Assembly: GCA_036507075.1 (NCBI GenBank)
Contig: DASXQR010000083.1
Span: 32,001 to 96,000, forward strand
From: Acidobacteriota bacterium
GTDB taxonomy: Bacteria; Acidobacteriota; UBA6911; JACQSX01
Reading direction: 5' to 3'
DNA length: 64,000 nucleotides
Positions 16,860 through 28,272 of this stretch are shown piece by piece (the stretch's first letter is position 1; every line of letters starts with the position of its first letter). The notes below the pieces were generated by a model. The model saw nothing but the letters and a program-made list of their open reading frames with translations, did no database searches and was not told the origin of the DNA. Made by a program: the position numbers and the translations under genes.

Positions 16860-19800
16860 ATGAAATCAATCTCTCGCATTTTCGTGGCCTTCAGTCTGTC
16901 GCTCTGCGTGACACTGTGGGCTCAGGCTCAGGTGACTACAGGAAGCATCACCGGCGCGATCAAAGACGCCAGTGGCGCCGCTATCCCGGGCGTGGAAGTG
17001 ACCGCGCTCCATGTTGAAACGTCAACCACGCGCAAGGTGGTATCGGCCGGAGATGGCGCGTATACATTTTCCTCCCTTCCTATCGGCGCCTACGAGATTT
17101 CGGCTGTCCTGCCGGGCTTCAAAAAGAGCGTGCGGGGCGGCGTGGAACTGCACCTCGGCGACCATCTCAGCGTCGATATCACGCTCGAAGTGGGAGAGAT
17201 CGCGGAACAAATCTCGGTTGTCGCCGGCGCGATGCAAGTGCAAATGGAAAGCTCCGAGCAAAGCAGCCTGATCTCGGGCGAGCAGGTGCGTGAGTTGCAA
17301 CTGAACGGACGATCCTTCATGACCCTGCTGGAAATGCTTCCAGGGGTGGCTTCGGAGATGCCTGATCGGGCGGATCCGAATACCAATCCTGCACTGTCCA
17401 TCAACGGGGCACGCAGCTCGCAGTCAAATTTCAACATTGACGGCAGCAGCAACATGGACGTGATCGTGGGCAGCAGCTCGCTCAATACCTTCACGTCAGT
17501 GGACACCATCGCCGAGGTCAAGGTGATTACCTTGATTGCGCCCGCCGAATACGGTAAGGGAGGATTTTCGCAGGTCAATGTCGTCACGCGCGGTGGGACA
17601 AAGCACTGGCGCGGCTCAATTTACGAATTCTTCCGCAATGACGCATTGGACGCCAGAGACTGGCTGACCCACCTGGTTCTGCCGCTCAAGCTCAACAACT
17701 TTGGCTATACGCTTGGAGGACCGCTACTGCTTCCAGGCGGTTACAATCGCGCGCGCAACAAGACTTTCTTCTTCCTTACCCAGGAATTCAACCATATCAG
17801 CACCCGAGGCGCCGCCGTCAACACCAGGGTGCCCACGGCGGATGAGCGACGCGGAAATTTCAGCGCCCTTGGACCGGGCGCGGACGGGTTGTTCGGAACC
17901 GCTGACGACCCGGTCATCGATCCGGTCGCCGGATCAGGTTTTCCAAACGGGATCATTCCTTCCGAACGAATGGATTCGACTGCCGCCAAGCTGCTCACCC
18001 TTTACCCGCTGCCGAATTTTCGCGGCCCGGGGAATATCAATTTCACCTCGGCCGCCCCCAGTCTGCAGCGCTGGCGCGAGGAACTGATAAGAATCGACCA
18101 CAACCTCTCGCCTTCCTGGAAGATCTTCGGCCGCTGGGCTCAGGACAGCGCGTTCATCCGCAATCCCTATGGCGGCTCATCGGTTAGCTCGATTGCAACC
18201 AACTTTCCGGGAATCGGGACAACGCGAGCGGGCAGGCCGGGAAAAAACCTTGTGGTCAGCATGACCAATATCTTCAATCCGTCCCTGCTGAATGAGTTCA
18301 TGTTTACCTACTCAGGGCGCGAGATCACGCAGAATCCGCTGAGAGATGACGCGAACAGGGATGAGTTGGGAATCAGTATTCCGGAGATTTTCCCCGAGAA
18401 CATCGGAAACATAATCCCCACCATCAATCTCGGTTCCGGTTACGCTGCGCTCAATGTTTCACGCGTGTGGCTAAAACAACTTTTCAACCTGGAGTTCTCC
18501 GACAACTTGACCAAGATTGCCGGCCGCCACGCCCTCAAAACGGGTTTTCTTTACTCGTTCGGAGGCAATCGCGAAAACCCGACGGGTCCGAATACCAACG
18601 GCTCTTACACGTTTACCACGGGCTTTTCCCGCAATCCGGTCGCCAACATGCTGCTGGGTTTGCCCTTCAGTTACACGGAATCTGAAAGGCTGGTGGTTTC
18701 GCACGCGCGATTCGGTTTTCTTGAAGCCTACGTTCAGGATGACTTTAAGGCCACTGGCCGCCTGACGCTAAATCTTGGCATTCGATACTCGGCTTTCTTC
18801 AACCCCTACGACACCGAGAATGTGATGACCAATTTTCTTATCTCGGCATGGGACCCGGCGCGAGCCCCCCGGATCAATCCGGCCCCCGGCAGCGGCCTTC
18901 CGGTGGCGGGGACGGGGGATCCACTCAACGGCGTCATCATCGCCGGTAAGAATTCTCCCTTTGGCAAACGGGTTACCGGCAATAGTGTCGACTTGATCGG
19001 TCCGCGTTTCGGTTTTGCCTGGGTGCCCTTCAAAAGGGGAAAATTTGCGATTCGTGGAGGCTACGGAGTCTTCTACACGCGACCGCTCATCGGTACGTTT
19101 ATCAACAACGCCTTTGACAATCCTCCGTTTTCGCGATCGGTAACGATTCAACAGCCCGCGTTCAACAACCCCGGCGGAGGCCGTGAAGCCGCAGCAGGCG
19201 TGCCGAGCCTCACCGCCCTGAGCACTCCCATGCTGGCGCCCACAGTCCAGCAGTGGGGACTGGGCATCCAGCACGAGGTGTTCCGGCGCGCAATACTGGA
19301 TCTGTCCTACGTAGGCTCGCACGGTACCCACCTCATGAGACCCTATAACCTCAACAACCCGCTGCCCAGCGTCGACGTAGTGGAACGGCGCGTCCATGTC
19401 AACGCGCTCCGCCCTTTTCCCGGGTACGGCAGCATCACGGAGAGACAAAGCTCTGCTTCGAGCATTTATCATTCGCTTCAGGTCAAATTTGATCGCCGCG
19501 TTTCAAACAAGCTCTCACTCGGGGCCGCATATACCTTTTCCAAGAGTATTGACGACGCGTCAAGTGACCGGGGGGGAAGCGATGTACCGCCCGACAGCCG
19601 CAATACGCGCGCAGAACGAGGGCCTTCTGATTTTGATCGCGCGCACATCTTCACGACCAATTACATCTGGTACCTCCCCAGCATTGCGCGCCGTCCCGGC
19701 CTGGGACTGCTGCTCAACGGGTGGCAATTGTCCGGTATTACCCGCATCTGGTCCGGGAGACCGTTTGACGTAGCGCTCAGCACCGATGTCGCCGGGATCG

Positions 19801-20177
19801 GCGCAGTCCAGAATCAGCGGCCCAACGTCATAGCCGACACGGGCGGGCCGCGCAAACCTGACGAATGGTTCAACCGTGCTGCCTTCGCCCGCCCGGCCAA
19901 CGGCGCATTCGGCGATATGGGGCGAAACAGCATACAGGGCCCGGGGGTCCATAAATGGGACCTGGCCTTGTTCAAAAATTTCCGAGTCAGGGAGAATGCG
20001 CGGCTCCAGTTCCGTTCGGAAGCCTTCAATGCTTTCAACCATCCTTCGTTTTCAGCCGTGGGAAGGACTTTGAGAACCACCGCGACTACGGTGAATCCCA
20101 ACGTGGATAGCTTTGGGATCGTCACCGATACACGCGACGCGCGCGTAATGCAGTTTGCGCTGAAGTTGACGTTCTAG
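16860..20177 (+). CDS. TonB-dependent receptor (Oar-like, N-terminal carboxypeptidase-regulatory-like domain)
   Basis: Signal peptide, GSITGAIKDASGA, YEFFRND, NLGIRY, PRFGFAW, C-terminal QFALKLTF. Confidence 0.93.
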   Translation: MKSISRIFVAFSLSLCVTLWAQAQVTTGSITGAIKDASGAAIPGVEVTALHVETSTTRKVVSAGDGAYTFSSLPIGAYEISAVLPGFKKSVRGGVELHLGDHLSVDITLEVGEIAEQISVVAGAMQVQMESSEQSSLISGEQVRELQLNGRSFMTLLEMLPGVASEMPDRADPNTNPALSINGARSSQSNFNIDGSSNMDVIVGSSSLNTFTSVDTIAEVKVITLIAPAEYGKGGFSQVNVVTRGGTKHWRGSIYEFFRNDALDARDWLTHLVLPLKLNNFGYTLGGPLLLPGGYNRARNKTFFFLTQEFNHISTRGAAVNTRVPTADERRGNFSALGPGADGLFGTADDPVIDPVAGSGFPNGIIPSERMDSTAAKLLTLYPLPNFRGPGNINFTSAAPSLQRWREELIRIDHNLSPSWKIFGRWAQDSAFIRNPYGGSSVSSIATNFPGIGTTRAGRPGKNLVVSMTNIFNPSLLNEFMFTYSGREITQNPLRDDANRDELGISIPEIFPENIGNIIPTINLGSGYAALNVSRVWLKQLFNLEFSDNLTKIAGRHALKTGFLYSFGGNRENPTGPNTNGSYTFTTGFSRNPVANMLLGLPFSYTESERLVVSHARFGFLEAYVQDDFKATGRLTLNLGIRYSAFFNPYDTENVMTNFLISAWDPARAPRINPAPGSGLPVAGTGDPLNGVIIAGKNSPFGKRVTGNSVDLIGPRFGFAWVPFKRGKFAIRGGYGVFYTRPLIGTFINNAFDNPPFSRSVTIQQPAFNNPGGGREAAAGVPSLTALSTPMLAPTVQQWGLGIQHEVFRRAILDLSYVGSHGTHLMRPYNLNNPLPSVDVVERRVHVNALRPFPGYGSITERQSSASSIYHSLQVKFDRRVSNKLSLGAAYTFSKSIDDASSDRGGSDVPPDSRNTRAERGPSDFDRAHIFTTNYIWYLPSIARRPGLGLLLNGWQLSGITRIWSGRPFDVALSTDVAGIGAVQNQRPNVIADTGGPRKPDEWFNRAAFARPANGAFGDMGRNSIQGPGVHKWDLALFKNFRVRENARLQFRSEAFNAFNHPSFSAVGRTLRTTATTVNPNVDSFGIVTDTRDARVMQFALKLTF

Positions 20178-20235
20178 GCAGCGTCTGTGGGTTTGCCACT
20201 ATTAGGCCGCTTACAGCGGCCTGGAGAGACGCGAC

Positions 20236-21579
20236 CTACATCCCGGACGGAAAGGTCTCGGGCACTTCGCCGCTTTTCCAATGCGAACCGTATTCGAGCG
20301 GCACGACGGCGCGGGTCTGATCGAAGTGAAGAACCGCATCGAATTGGGACGGAAGTTTGGCGTAAAAGTAATGACTGGCGCGCTCCGTGTCGGGGCGATA
20401 AATGACGCCGATCGCTCTCTCCAGTCGCGGTTCTTGCAGCTCTTCCACCCAATCGCCCCGAATTCCCCTGAACCGCAGTAGAAACCGCGGCGCGCCGGCA
20501 GCATGAAAGAGAAACTCATACGACTCTGGGAGCGCGGGAAGAACGCGCTTACGCTCCGCCGGCCCATCCCAGTTGCTGGCGGCCGTTACCGTCCCGCCGT
20601 AGGTGGTGAAGCCGACCAACACGGCAGCGCTTCCGTAGCGATCACGCACCAATTGGCCGACATTGAACTCGCCTCTGCCGCCCACTTCTGTGGCGCGCGC
20701 ATCGCCCAGGTGAGAATTGTGTTCCCACACCACAATTCTGGCCGGGCTCTGGGCACTCAGGTATCGAAACAGCGCGTCGAGTGTTTCCGTCATATGCGAA
20801 TCACGCAGGTTCCAGGAACTCGCTTCGCCCCGAAACATGGTGCGGTAGTAGTGTTCGGCGTTTTTCACCAGCCGCGCGTTCTGCTCGGCAAAGAAGTACT
20901 CATCGGCAGCGACGCGGCCATCGCGCCTGGCATATTCGGCCGCTCGCTGTCGCAGTTCGATCAGTTGTTTGACAACTGCCTGCTCGCACGATTGTGTCAA
21001 TCCAAGGCCGGTCGCATAGCCGTAAGCTTGGGTATCCTGGCCGAAGTGTTCAAAACATGAATAACGATGACGGGCGCGCGCTGCGGCATCCGGATCCACT
21101 TTGTCCAGATACTGAAGAACGGCTTGAATGGAGGCGTGCAGACTGTAAAGATCCAGGCCGTAAAAACCCACCCTGCGCTCGACAGGTCGAGCATCATTGT
21201 ATTGCCGCAACCAGTCGACAAAGTCGAGCACGTCGGCGTTGCGCCACATCCACTCGGGAAAGCGCCTGAAGCCGGACAGCGAATCTGCGGCGGTCTTGTC
21301 GTCGCTCTCATCTCGCACGAAACGATTCACGCGGTAGGCATCCGGCCAGTCGGCTTCCACGGCGACCGCCGCGAACCCTTTCTCTTCGATCAATCGCCGC
21401 GTGATAAGGGCGCGCTCCCGATAAAATTCATGGGTCCCGTGGCTCGCCTCACCGAGTAGTACGAATCTCGACTCGCCAATCAGCTCTAGAAGCGGGTCGT
21501 AATCCTGTCGCGAACCACTCAGCCGGTGGCACTGGGAACCAATTTTTTCCGAAAGCTGAGACTCCAATGCTCGGGCCAT
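20236..21579 (-). CDS. Erythromycin esterase family protein (Rv2030c C-domain type)
   Basis: LGEASHGTHEFY, VEADWPD, WNLRDSHM, WEHNSHLGDARA, ERAIGVIYRP. Confidence 0.92.
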   Translation of the reverse strand: MARALESQLSEKIGSQCHRLSGSRQDYDPLLELIGESRFVLLGEASHGTHEFYRERALITRRLIEEKGFAAVAVEADWPDAYRVNRFVRDESDDKTAADSLSGFRRFPEWMWRNADVLDFVDWLRQYNDARPVERRVGFYGLDLYSLHASIQAVLQYLDKVDPDAAARARHRYSCFEHFGQDTQAYGYATGLGLTQSCEQAVVKQLIELRQRAAEYARRDGRVAADEYFFAEQNARLVKNAEHYYRTMFRGEASSWNLRDSHMTETLDALFRYLSAQSPARIVVWEHNSHLGDARATEVGGRGEFNVGQLVRDRYGSAAVLVGFTTYGGTVTAASNWDGPAERKRVLPALPESYEFLFHAAGAPRFLLRFRGIRGDWVEELQEPRLERAIGVIYRPDTERASHYFYAKLPSQFDAVLHFDQTRAVVPLEYGSHWKSGEVPETFPSGM

Positions 21580-21910
21580 GCTGCGGACCTCCTGCGGCTT
21601 TGGGCTAATAATTATTTAAGATCCGGTCCCGAGGAATGGCAACCGGCCCACACTTGTAGAGACGCCCCAGGCGCAGCACCGCTGCCTTGCGGCGCCATGT
21701 CTGGTTTGCCGCGCAGAAAAGACTTGATCTCAGGGGTGTAATCTTTGTAAAAAGACCAAAACGGGGTGGAAAACGCTTTCCAAGAGTTTGCGTAGCGGCA
21801 GGGAAAGCCTTTGCGAGGCAACCGCGTCGACGGGAATGGGATGGCCACAGACTCAGTTCCACCAGAATTTAATCTGAAATAGGAAAACGTTTTCATGCGG
21901 GAGGTGATAC

Positions 21911-24900
21911 GTGAAAAGGGATACGCAGAAAGCAGCATCTGTGTTTGCGTTGCTGGTTTGCACTGTTCTGGCTTTGTACCCTGTGACGGTGAGCGGTCAG
22001 GAAGCTCGAGGCACCATCACGGGCAGGATCACGGACGCTAACAAAGCCGTGGTTCCCGGAGCCTCCGTGACAATCACAAACGTGGCGATGGGCATACCCA
22101 GCTCCGTGCTGAGCAACGATGTCGGCTGGTTCCAGGCGCCTTATCTGATTCCCGGAGGTTACCAGGTGGTGGTGGAGGTGCCCGGGTTCAAGAAGTACAT
22201 CCGCGATGGCATCGTTCTCCGCGTCAACGACACTCTGGAAGTGAATGTTCAGCTCGAAGTGGGTGAGATGGCTGACTCAATAACAGTCACTGCCAATACA
22301 CCGCTGCTTGAGTCAACTTCTGCATCCATGGGCCAGGTGGTGGATGAGCGGCGGGTGGCGGAACTTCCGATTCCACACGGTGAGCCCTACGCGCTCATAG
22401 GACTTGCCGGCGGCGTGGCGTTCGCGCGCGATCAACGGCTGGACCGGCCCTTCGAGCCGACCCATATTGTCGGCTACACGATGGATGGCACTCGAGCTAA
22501 CCGCAGCGACATTACCATTGACGGCGCGCCCGCCACGGCAACGGCCAACGCCAACGAAGTGATCTCTTCGTATGTTCCTCCGGCAGACATCGTCCAGGAA
22601 TTCAAAGTACAGACAGCCACGTTCGATGCCAGCTTTGGCAATACCGAAGGCGGCGTTACCAACCTGAGTCTGAAATCGGGAACGAACGCGTTTCACGGCA
22701 CGGCCTACTACACAAAAATGCTGCCGGGCCTTTTTGCGAATGATTTTTTTGCCAACGCCAACAAGATTCCGCGTCCGGATTTTAACTACAACCGGTGGGG
22801 TGGATCGCTGGGCGGCCCTGTGATCCTGCCAAAGCTGTATGACGGGCGCAACAAGACATTCTTCATGTGGGGTTACGAGGGCATAAAGGAAGCGCGGCCT
22901 CGAAATAACGGCACGCCCACAATACCGACTGAGAAGATGAAGAACGGCGATTTTTCCGAGTTGCTGGCAGTTGGTTCGCAGTACCAGATTTACAACCCCT
23001 TCACGCGCCGCGCCGTAGCCGGCGGCCGCTTCCAGCAGGATCCGTTCCCGGGCAATATCATCCCCGCAAACTTGGTTAATCCCGTTTCGAGAAAGCTTCT
23101 CGAGTATTTTCCCAAACCGCTGACGGCCGGAAACCCAGACGGCACAAATAACTTTCAGAATCCGAGCCTGAAGGAGCGGGCAAACTATTACACTCACACG
23201 GTTCGAGTGGATCACGCCCTGGGCGACAAGCAGAGGCTGTTTATACGCGGCAGTGTGTATCCGAGAAACAGCGACTACAACAATTTCTTCGGCAACATCG
23301 CCACCGGTGAGTGGTTCCAGTTCCTGTCGCGAGCCGCCACGATTGACGACGTATACACGCTCAACGCCACTACAGTGTTGAATGTGAGATACGGCTACAA
23401 CAGGTTCATACGAGTCACCAATTCGAATCCCGGCAACCGTGGAATGGACCTGACGACATTGGGATTTCCGGCTTCGTACGCGAGCTCGATACCCGAAGAT
23501 ATCCGGCGATTCCCGCGTCTTGACATCACAGGGTATCAGGGCACCGGCCAGGGAGGCGAGTTCAGGCCGAATGATACTCACTCCTTCGTCGCGACAATTA
23601 ATAAAGTGCTGGGCGTGCATTCTCTCAGGAGCGGCTTGGAATTTCGCTCCTACCGCGAGACGGATTCCTTTTTTGCCAACAACCAGACCGGCCAGTTCAA
23701 TTTCGACGCCACCTGGACGCGCGGGCCCCTGGACAATTCGCCTACTGCACCGGGCTCACTGGGACAGTCATTTGCCTCCTTTCTTCTGGGATTGCCATCC
23801 TCGGGCCTGGTCGTCCGGGCGGCAAGCTATGCAGAACAGTCGACATCGTGGGGCTTGTTCATTCAGGACGACTGGAAAGTCAGCTCGAAACTTACTTTGA
23901 ACATCGGGCTGCGATATGAGCTGGAAGGCCCGCTCACGGAGCGGTTTAACCGGACCGTGCGGGACTTTGATTTCAACGCCGCGCAACCGATCGAGTCACA
24001 GGTCAAAGCCAAGTACGCGCTCAGCCCTACTCCGGAAATTCCGGTAGACCAGTTCAGGGTGCGAGGCGGATTGCGGTTTGTGGCAGTAGGAGGGCAGCCT
24101 CGAGGGGCGTACGACACACCCAAGGAAAACTTCATGCCGCGGTTCGGTTTCGCCTGCAAACTGGACAACAGGACGGTAGTGCGCGGCGGTTACGGAATTT
24201 TCTTCGGCTTCCTCGGCCAGCGCCGCGGTGACGTAATTCAGAGCGGATTCAGCGCAACCACAAATCTGGTTCCGACTCTGGACAATGGCTTGACGTTCAT
24301 TGAAACGCTGTCGAAACCGTTTCAGAATGGGATCCAGGAACCGGTAGGAGCGGCTCTTGGCCCGCAGACTTTTCTAGGGCAGGGGATAACATTTTTCTAT
24401 CCCAGCCCGTTGTCGCCGTATATGCAGCGATGGGAACTTGGGTTCCAGCGCGAATTACCCGGCGGCTTTGTTGCCGGGGCAAGTTACGTTGGCAACCGTG
24501 GAACGCACATCGAGATCAGTCGAAATCTGAATGTGACACCCCAGAAGTATCTCAGCAAAAGCCCGGTGAGGGATCAGACGACAATTAACTATCTGTCGGC
24601 CAACGTACCCAATCCGTTCTTTCAACTTCTTCCGGCGACCGCTGTCACAGCTCTGAGGGGAACGAACATTGCGCGCGAGAGGCTGCTGCGCCCTTATCCT
24701 GCATTTGATTCGGTGACTTCGACGACCAACGACGGATATTCCTGGTATCACTCGCTGCAGGCAGGGATCGAGAAGAGATTTTCGAAGGGCTACACGTTGA
24801 TGGCGAATTACACCCTCTCGAAGTTCATGCAGGCGACCGAGCTCTTGAATGCGGATGATCCGCGACCGACCGAAGTAATCTCAGACATGGACTATCCGCA

Positions 24901-25432
24901 CCGGTTGTCGGTAAGCGGCATATACGAATTGCCCTTCGGCAAAGCCCGCCAGTTCCTTCACGGCGTTAACCCGTTTGTGTCGAAGATCGTCAGCGGCTGG
25001 CAGGTGTCCGGCATCTACGCCTATCAGAGCGGGCCGCCGATCAACTGGGGCAACATAATTTTTACTGGGAAAGTGAAGGACATCCGACTCCCCTCGGACC
25101 AGCAGGCGGCACAGCGCTGGTTTAACACCAATGCCGGTTTCGAGAAAGATTCGGCAAAACAGCTTGCCAGCAACGTCCGGACATTCCCTCAGAGATTCGG
25201 ATCGATTCGCGCCGACAACATCAGCAACTATGACCTTTCGATCATCAAGAACACGGAGATTGCCGAAGGAAAGAAGCTGCAGTTCAGGAGTGATTTCATA
25301 AATGCGTTCAACCACCCTCTGTTCCCCGCGCCCAACGTCACCCCCACGGCTGTTGCCTTCGGCTCGATCAGCCCCTCCAACCAGTCCAACTACCCGCGGC
25401 GCATCCAGCTAACCGCGAAGTTTTTGTTCTGA
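21911..25432 (+). CDS. TonB-dependent receptor (Oar-like)
   Basis: Signal peptide, [29 protein letters not shown]-terminal IQLTAKFLF. Confidence 0.93.
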   Translation: MKRDTQKAASVFALLVCTVLALYPVTVSGQEARGTITGRITDANKAVVPGASVTITNVAMGIPSSVLSNDVGWFQAPYLIPGGYQVVVEVPGFKKYIRDGIVLRVNDTLEVNVQLEVGEMADSITVTANTPLLESTSASMGQVVDERRVAELPIPHGEPYALIGLAGGVAFARDQRLDRPFEPTHIVGYTMDGTRANRSDITIDGAPATATANANEVISSYVPPADIVQEFKVQTATFDASFGNTEGGVTNLSLKSGTNAFHGTAYYTKMLPGLFANDFFANANKIPRPDFNYNRWGGSLGGPVILPKLYDGRNKTFFMWGYEGIKEARPRNNGTPTIPTEKMKNGDFSELLAVGSQYQIYNPFTRRAVAGGRFQQDPFPGNIIPANLVNPVSRKLLEYFPKPLTAGNPDGTNNFQNPSLKERANYYTHTVRVDHALGDKQRLFIRGSVYPRNSDYNNFFGNIATGEWFQFLSRAATIDDVYTLNATTVLNVRYGYNRFIRVTNSNPGNRGMDLTTLGFPASYASSIPEDIRRFPRLDITGYQGTGQGGEFRPNDTHSFVATINKVLGVHSLRSGLEFRSYRETDSFFANNQTGQFNFDATWTRGPLDNSPTAPGSLGQSFASFLLGLPSSGLVVRAASYAEQSTSWGLFIQDDWKVSSKLTLNIGLRYELEGPLTERFNRTVRDFDFNAAQPIESQVKAKYALSPTPEIPVDQFRVRGGLRFVAVGGQPRGAYDTPKENFMPRFGFACKLDNRTVVRGGYGIFFGFLGQRRGDVIQSGFSATTNLVPTLDNGLTFIETLSKPFQNGIQEPVGAALGPQTFLGQGITFFYPSPLSPYMQRWELGFQRELPGGFVAGASYVGNRGTHIEISRNLNVTPQKYLSKSPVRDQTTINYLSANVPNPFFQLLPATAVTALRGTNIARERLLRPYPAFDSVTSTTNDGYSWYHSLQAGIEKRFSKGYTLMANYTLSKFMQATELLNADDPRPTEVISDMDYPHRLSVSGIYELPFGKARQFLHGVNPFVSKIVSGWQVSGIYAYQSGPPINWGNIIFTGKVKDIRLPSDQQAAQRWFNTNAGFEKDSAKQLASNVRTFPQRFGSIRADNISNYDLSIIKNTEIAEGKKLQFRSDFINAFNHPLFPAPNVTPTAVAFGSISPSNQSNYPRRIQLTAKFLF

Positions 25433-25521
25433 ATGCTCTTCGTGTCCTTTGTGTCTTTGTGGTGGCAATAAATGCACCACGAAGGCACAGAGGCACCGAC
25501 AAGCCGTCACTTCCAGGGGTT

Positions 25522-25740
25522 CTGCACGCGAAGCACGGAGCCACATCCCGCAAAGGCGTGGTGGAAACCATGTAAGTTTGTGCGTTCCAAGCGAAATTCG
25601 CCGCCGAGCCATTATGAGGTTCGCCACGCTGGAGCAGTTGAAACCAACGGGCGATGGAAAAACGTAATGCCAGGGTCCGAGCCGACTCACCTGGTACCCA
25701 CCACGCCCTCGCGGGACGTGGCTCTGTGCTTCGCGTGCAG
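25522..25740. mobile_element. MITE/REPIN-like element with 49-bp imperfect terminal inverted repeats
   Basis: 25522-25570 is the near reverse complement of 25692-25740, flanking about 120 bp. Confidence 0.65.
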
Positions 25741-25867
25741 GCCCGGTCGATCAGCGAGCGCCAGGCTTCAATTTTCAGTCCTCGCCTTTTGCGTTATTCT
25801 TAGCGCTCTTGGCGTTCTTGGCGGTTAAGATTTTGGGAGTCCAATTTTCGTAAAAGAGAGAGATATT

Positions 25868-27013
25868 ATGAACTGGTCCCGCGGGTTCTATTTTGCTTTG
25901 GCACTGGGTATGGGATTCCTCCTGCCGTGCGGCGAGGGGATGGCGGTGGCAAAGAAGGCGCACATCCAAAAACAGCTCTTCAGAAAGACCGCCGAAGGAG
26001 AATCGGTGGATCTTTATACCTTAACGAATGCCAATGGTGTCGAAGCGAGGATCATGACCTTTGGCGGCATTGTGGTTTCTCTCAAGGCGCCCGATCGCAA
26101 GGGCAAGCTGGAGGATATCGTGCTCGGCTACGACAATCTGGAGGGCTACCTGAAAAATAACAGGCCCCATTTTGGCGCCCTCATCGGCCGGTACGGCAAT
26201 CGCATCGGGAAGGGCAGGTTCATCCTGAATGGCCGCGAATACAAGCTCGCACAGAACAACGGCGAAAATCACCTCCATGGCGGAATCAAAGGTTTCGACA
26301 AGGTGATTTGGAAAGCCCGAGAGGTCAAAAGCAAGGATGGCGTTGGGCTTGCGCTCAACTATGTCAGCAAGGATGCCGAGGAAGGCTATCCGGGGAATCT
26401 GTCGGTCACGGTGGTCTACACGTTGACCCATAAGAACGGGTTAAGAATCGACTACAGTGCGACAACGGACAAGGAGACAATTGTCAACCTGACCAACCAT
26501 TCGTATTTCAATCTGGCCGGCCGCGGAAGCATCCTCAATCATGAGGTGATGATCAATGCCGAAAGGTTCACGCCGGTCGATCAGGGGCTGATTCCGACAG
26601 GCGAGCTGCGAAGCGTCAGAGGAACGCCGATGGATTTTACGCAACAGACGGCCATCGGCGCCAGAATCGAGCAGCGCGACGAGCAACTGATCCTCGGCAA
26701 AGGCTATGACCACAACTGGGTGCTGAACAAGCGCAACGGCGAGCTTTCGCTGGCCGCCAGAGCTTATGAGCCGACGAGCGGGCGCATCCTGGAAGTCTAC
26801 ACCACCGAGCCGGGCGTACAGTTCTATACCGGAAACTTCCTGGATGGGAGCATCAGAGGGAAGGCGGGACAGACCTATCAAAAGCGTTATGGTTTCTGTC
26901 TTGAGACCCAGCATTTTCCAGATTCTCCCAACAAATCAAATTTCCCCTCAACAGTTCTCAAGCCGGGCAGGAAGTATACAACCACGACAATCTATGAGTT
27001 TTCTGCGAAATAG
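25868..27013 (+). CDS. galM: Aldose 1-epimerase (mutarotase), with signal-like N-terminus
   Basis: GRYGNRI, HLHGG, NLTNHSYFNL, GYDHN, CLETQHFPD. Confidence 0.95.
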   Translation: MNWSRGFYFALALGMGFLLPCGEGMAVAKKAHIQKQLFRKTAEGESVDLYTLTNANGVEARIMTFGGIVVSLKAPDRKGKLEDIVLGYDNLEGYLKNNRPHFGALIGRYGNRIGKGRFILNGREYKLAQNNGENHLHGGIKGFDKVIWKAREVKSKDGVGLALNYVSKDAEEGYPGNLSVTVVYTLTHKNGLRIDYSATTDKETIVNLTNHSYFNLAGRGSILNHEVMINAERFTPVDQGLIPTGELRSVRGTPMDFTQQTAIGARIEQRDEQLILGKGYDHNWVLNKRNGELSLAARAYEPTSGRILEVYTTEPGVQFYTGNFLDGSIRGKAGQTYQKRYGFCLETQHFPDSPNKSNFPSTVLKPGRKYTTTTIYEFSAK

Positions 27014-27228
27014 CCTTTCAAACCCGGTAAATGTTCTCAGAGATACAGCCGGCAGAACCGCAACCAGATGCGGCCGGCGCGCCTCAATTGCCACGATGAC
27101 CCGATGACACCAAGGCGGCACAGGGAGCTTACTCGAAGTTTCGGCGATGCGGATTGCGGCTTCAGCCCGTAATCGACTTCGAGTCATCGTGGCTTCGCGG
27201 CAGGTAAGAACTTTGCTAAAAGAGAACT

Positions 27229-28272
27229 ATGACCTGGGAACAGCGATGGCACCCGTTGCGCGAGGAATGGATTATTGTCGCCGCGCATCGGCAGAACCGT
27301 CCTTGGATCGGCAAGACAGTCGAGCATAAGGAGGCGGCCTTGCCCGATTACCTGCCCGATTGCTACCTTTGTCCCGGCAATACCCGCATCAGTGGCCAGC
27401 GCAACGCGCATTACACAAGCACGTTTGTTTTTGACAACGATCACCCGTGCGTAGGCCTTGATGCACCCCAGGATGTCGTCACGCCAAACGGGATTTACCG
27501 CAGCGGGCCCGCGACCGGCATTGCGCGGGTAGTTTGCTACAGCCCGAAGCACAATCTGGCGCTCGCCGAGCTGGAAATCTGTGAGATTGCGGAACTGCTG
27601 GGCGTCTGGCGGGAGCAATACATTGATCTGGGGAGCCACGATGAGATCCGCCACGTGCTGATCTTTGAGAACAAGGGCGAGGTTGTCGGTGTCTCCAACC
27701 CGCATCCGCACTGCCAGATTTACGCCACCAATTTTGTCTTCAAAACGATCGAGACGGAAGCGCGGGTTTCTCAAAAGCATTTGGCCGAAACAGGGCGGAT
27801 TCTTTTCCAGGACATCCTCAAAGCAGAACGCGACGAGGGGAAGCGGATCATCTCTGAGAATGAATCGGCGATTGCTTTCCTGCCTTATTTCGCGCGCTAC
27901 GCCTACGAGGCGTTTGTAGCGGCCAAACATACGCACCCGAGTCTTGCGACACTCTCCGAAGCCGAGGTGCGCGACTTGGCCGCAGTGCTCAAATGCCTGC
28001 TGGTAAAGTTTGACAATCTGTGGCGCATGCCATTCCCTTACGTCATGACGCTGCATCAGGCGCCGACCGATGGCGGCGACTACCGCGGTTTTCATTTTCA
28101 CATCGAGTTTCATCCGCCTCTGCGGCAGCCGAATCTGCTGAAATACCTGGCGGGTCCTGAGATCGGCGGCGGCAATTTCCTGAGTGATACCGCGCCCGAG
28201 GAAAAGGCCGCCGAATTGCGCGCCCAATCGGATATTCACTACAGGCAGGCAAGGCAGGAGGACAAGCCATGA
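27229..28272 (+). CDS. galT: Sugar-1-phosphate uridylyltransferase (GalT family)
   Basis: [35 protein letters not shown]. Confidence 0.9.
   Translation: MTWEQRWHPLREEWIIVAAHRQNRPWIGKTVEHKEAALPDYLPDCYLCPGNTRISGQRNAHYTSTFVFDNDHPCVGLDAPQDVVTPNGIYRSGPATGIARVVCYSPKHNLALAELEICEIAELLGVWREQYIDLGSHDEIRHVLIFENKGEVVGVSNPHPHCQIYATNFVFKTIETEARVSQKHLAETGRILFQDILKAERDEGKRIISENESAIAFLPYFARYAYEAFVAAKHTHPSLATLSEAEVRDLAAVLKCLLVKFDNLWRMPFPYVMTLHQAPTDGGDYRGFHFHIEFHPPLRQPNLLKYLAGPEIGGGNFLSDTAPEEKAAELRAQSDIHYRQARQEDKP

Noticed and set aside
20236..21579. Macrolide resistance gene
   Set aside because: Family membership only; it resembles the widespread Rv2030c-type homologs, and there is no resistance or mobile context.
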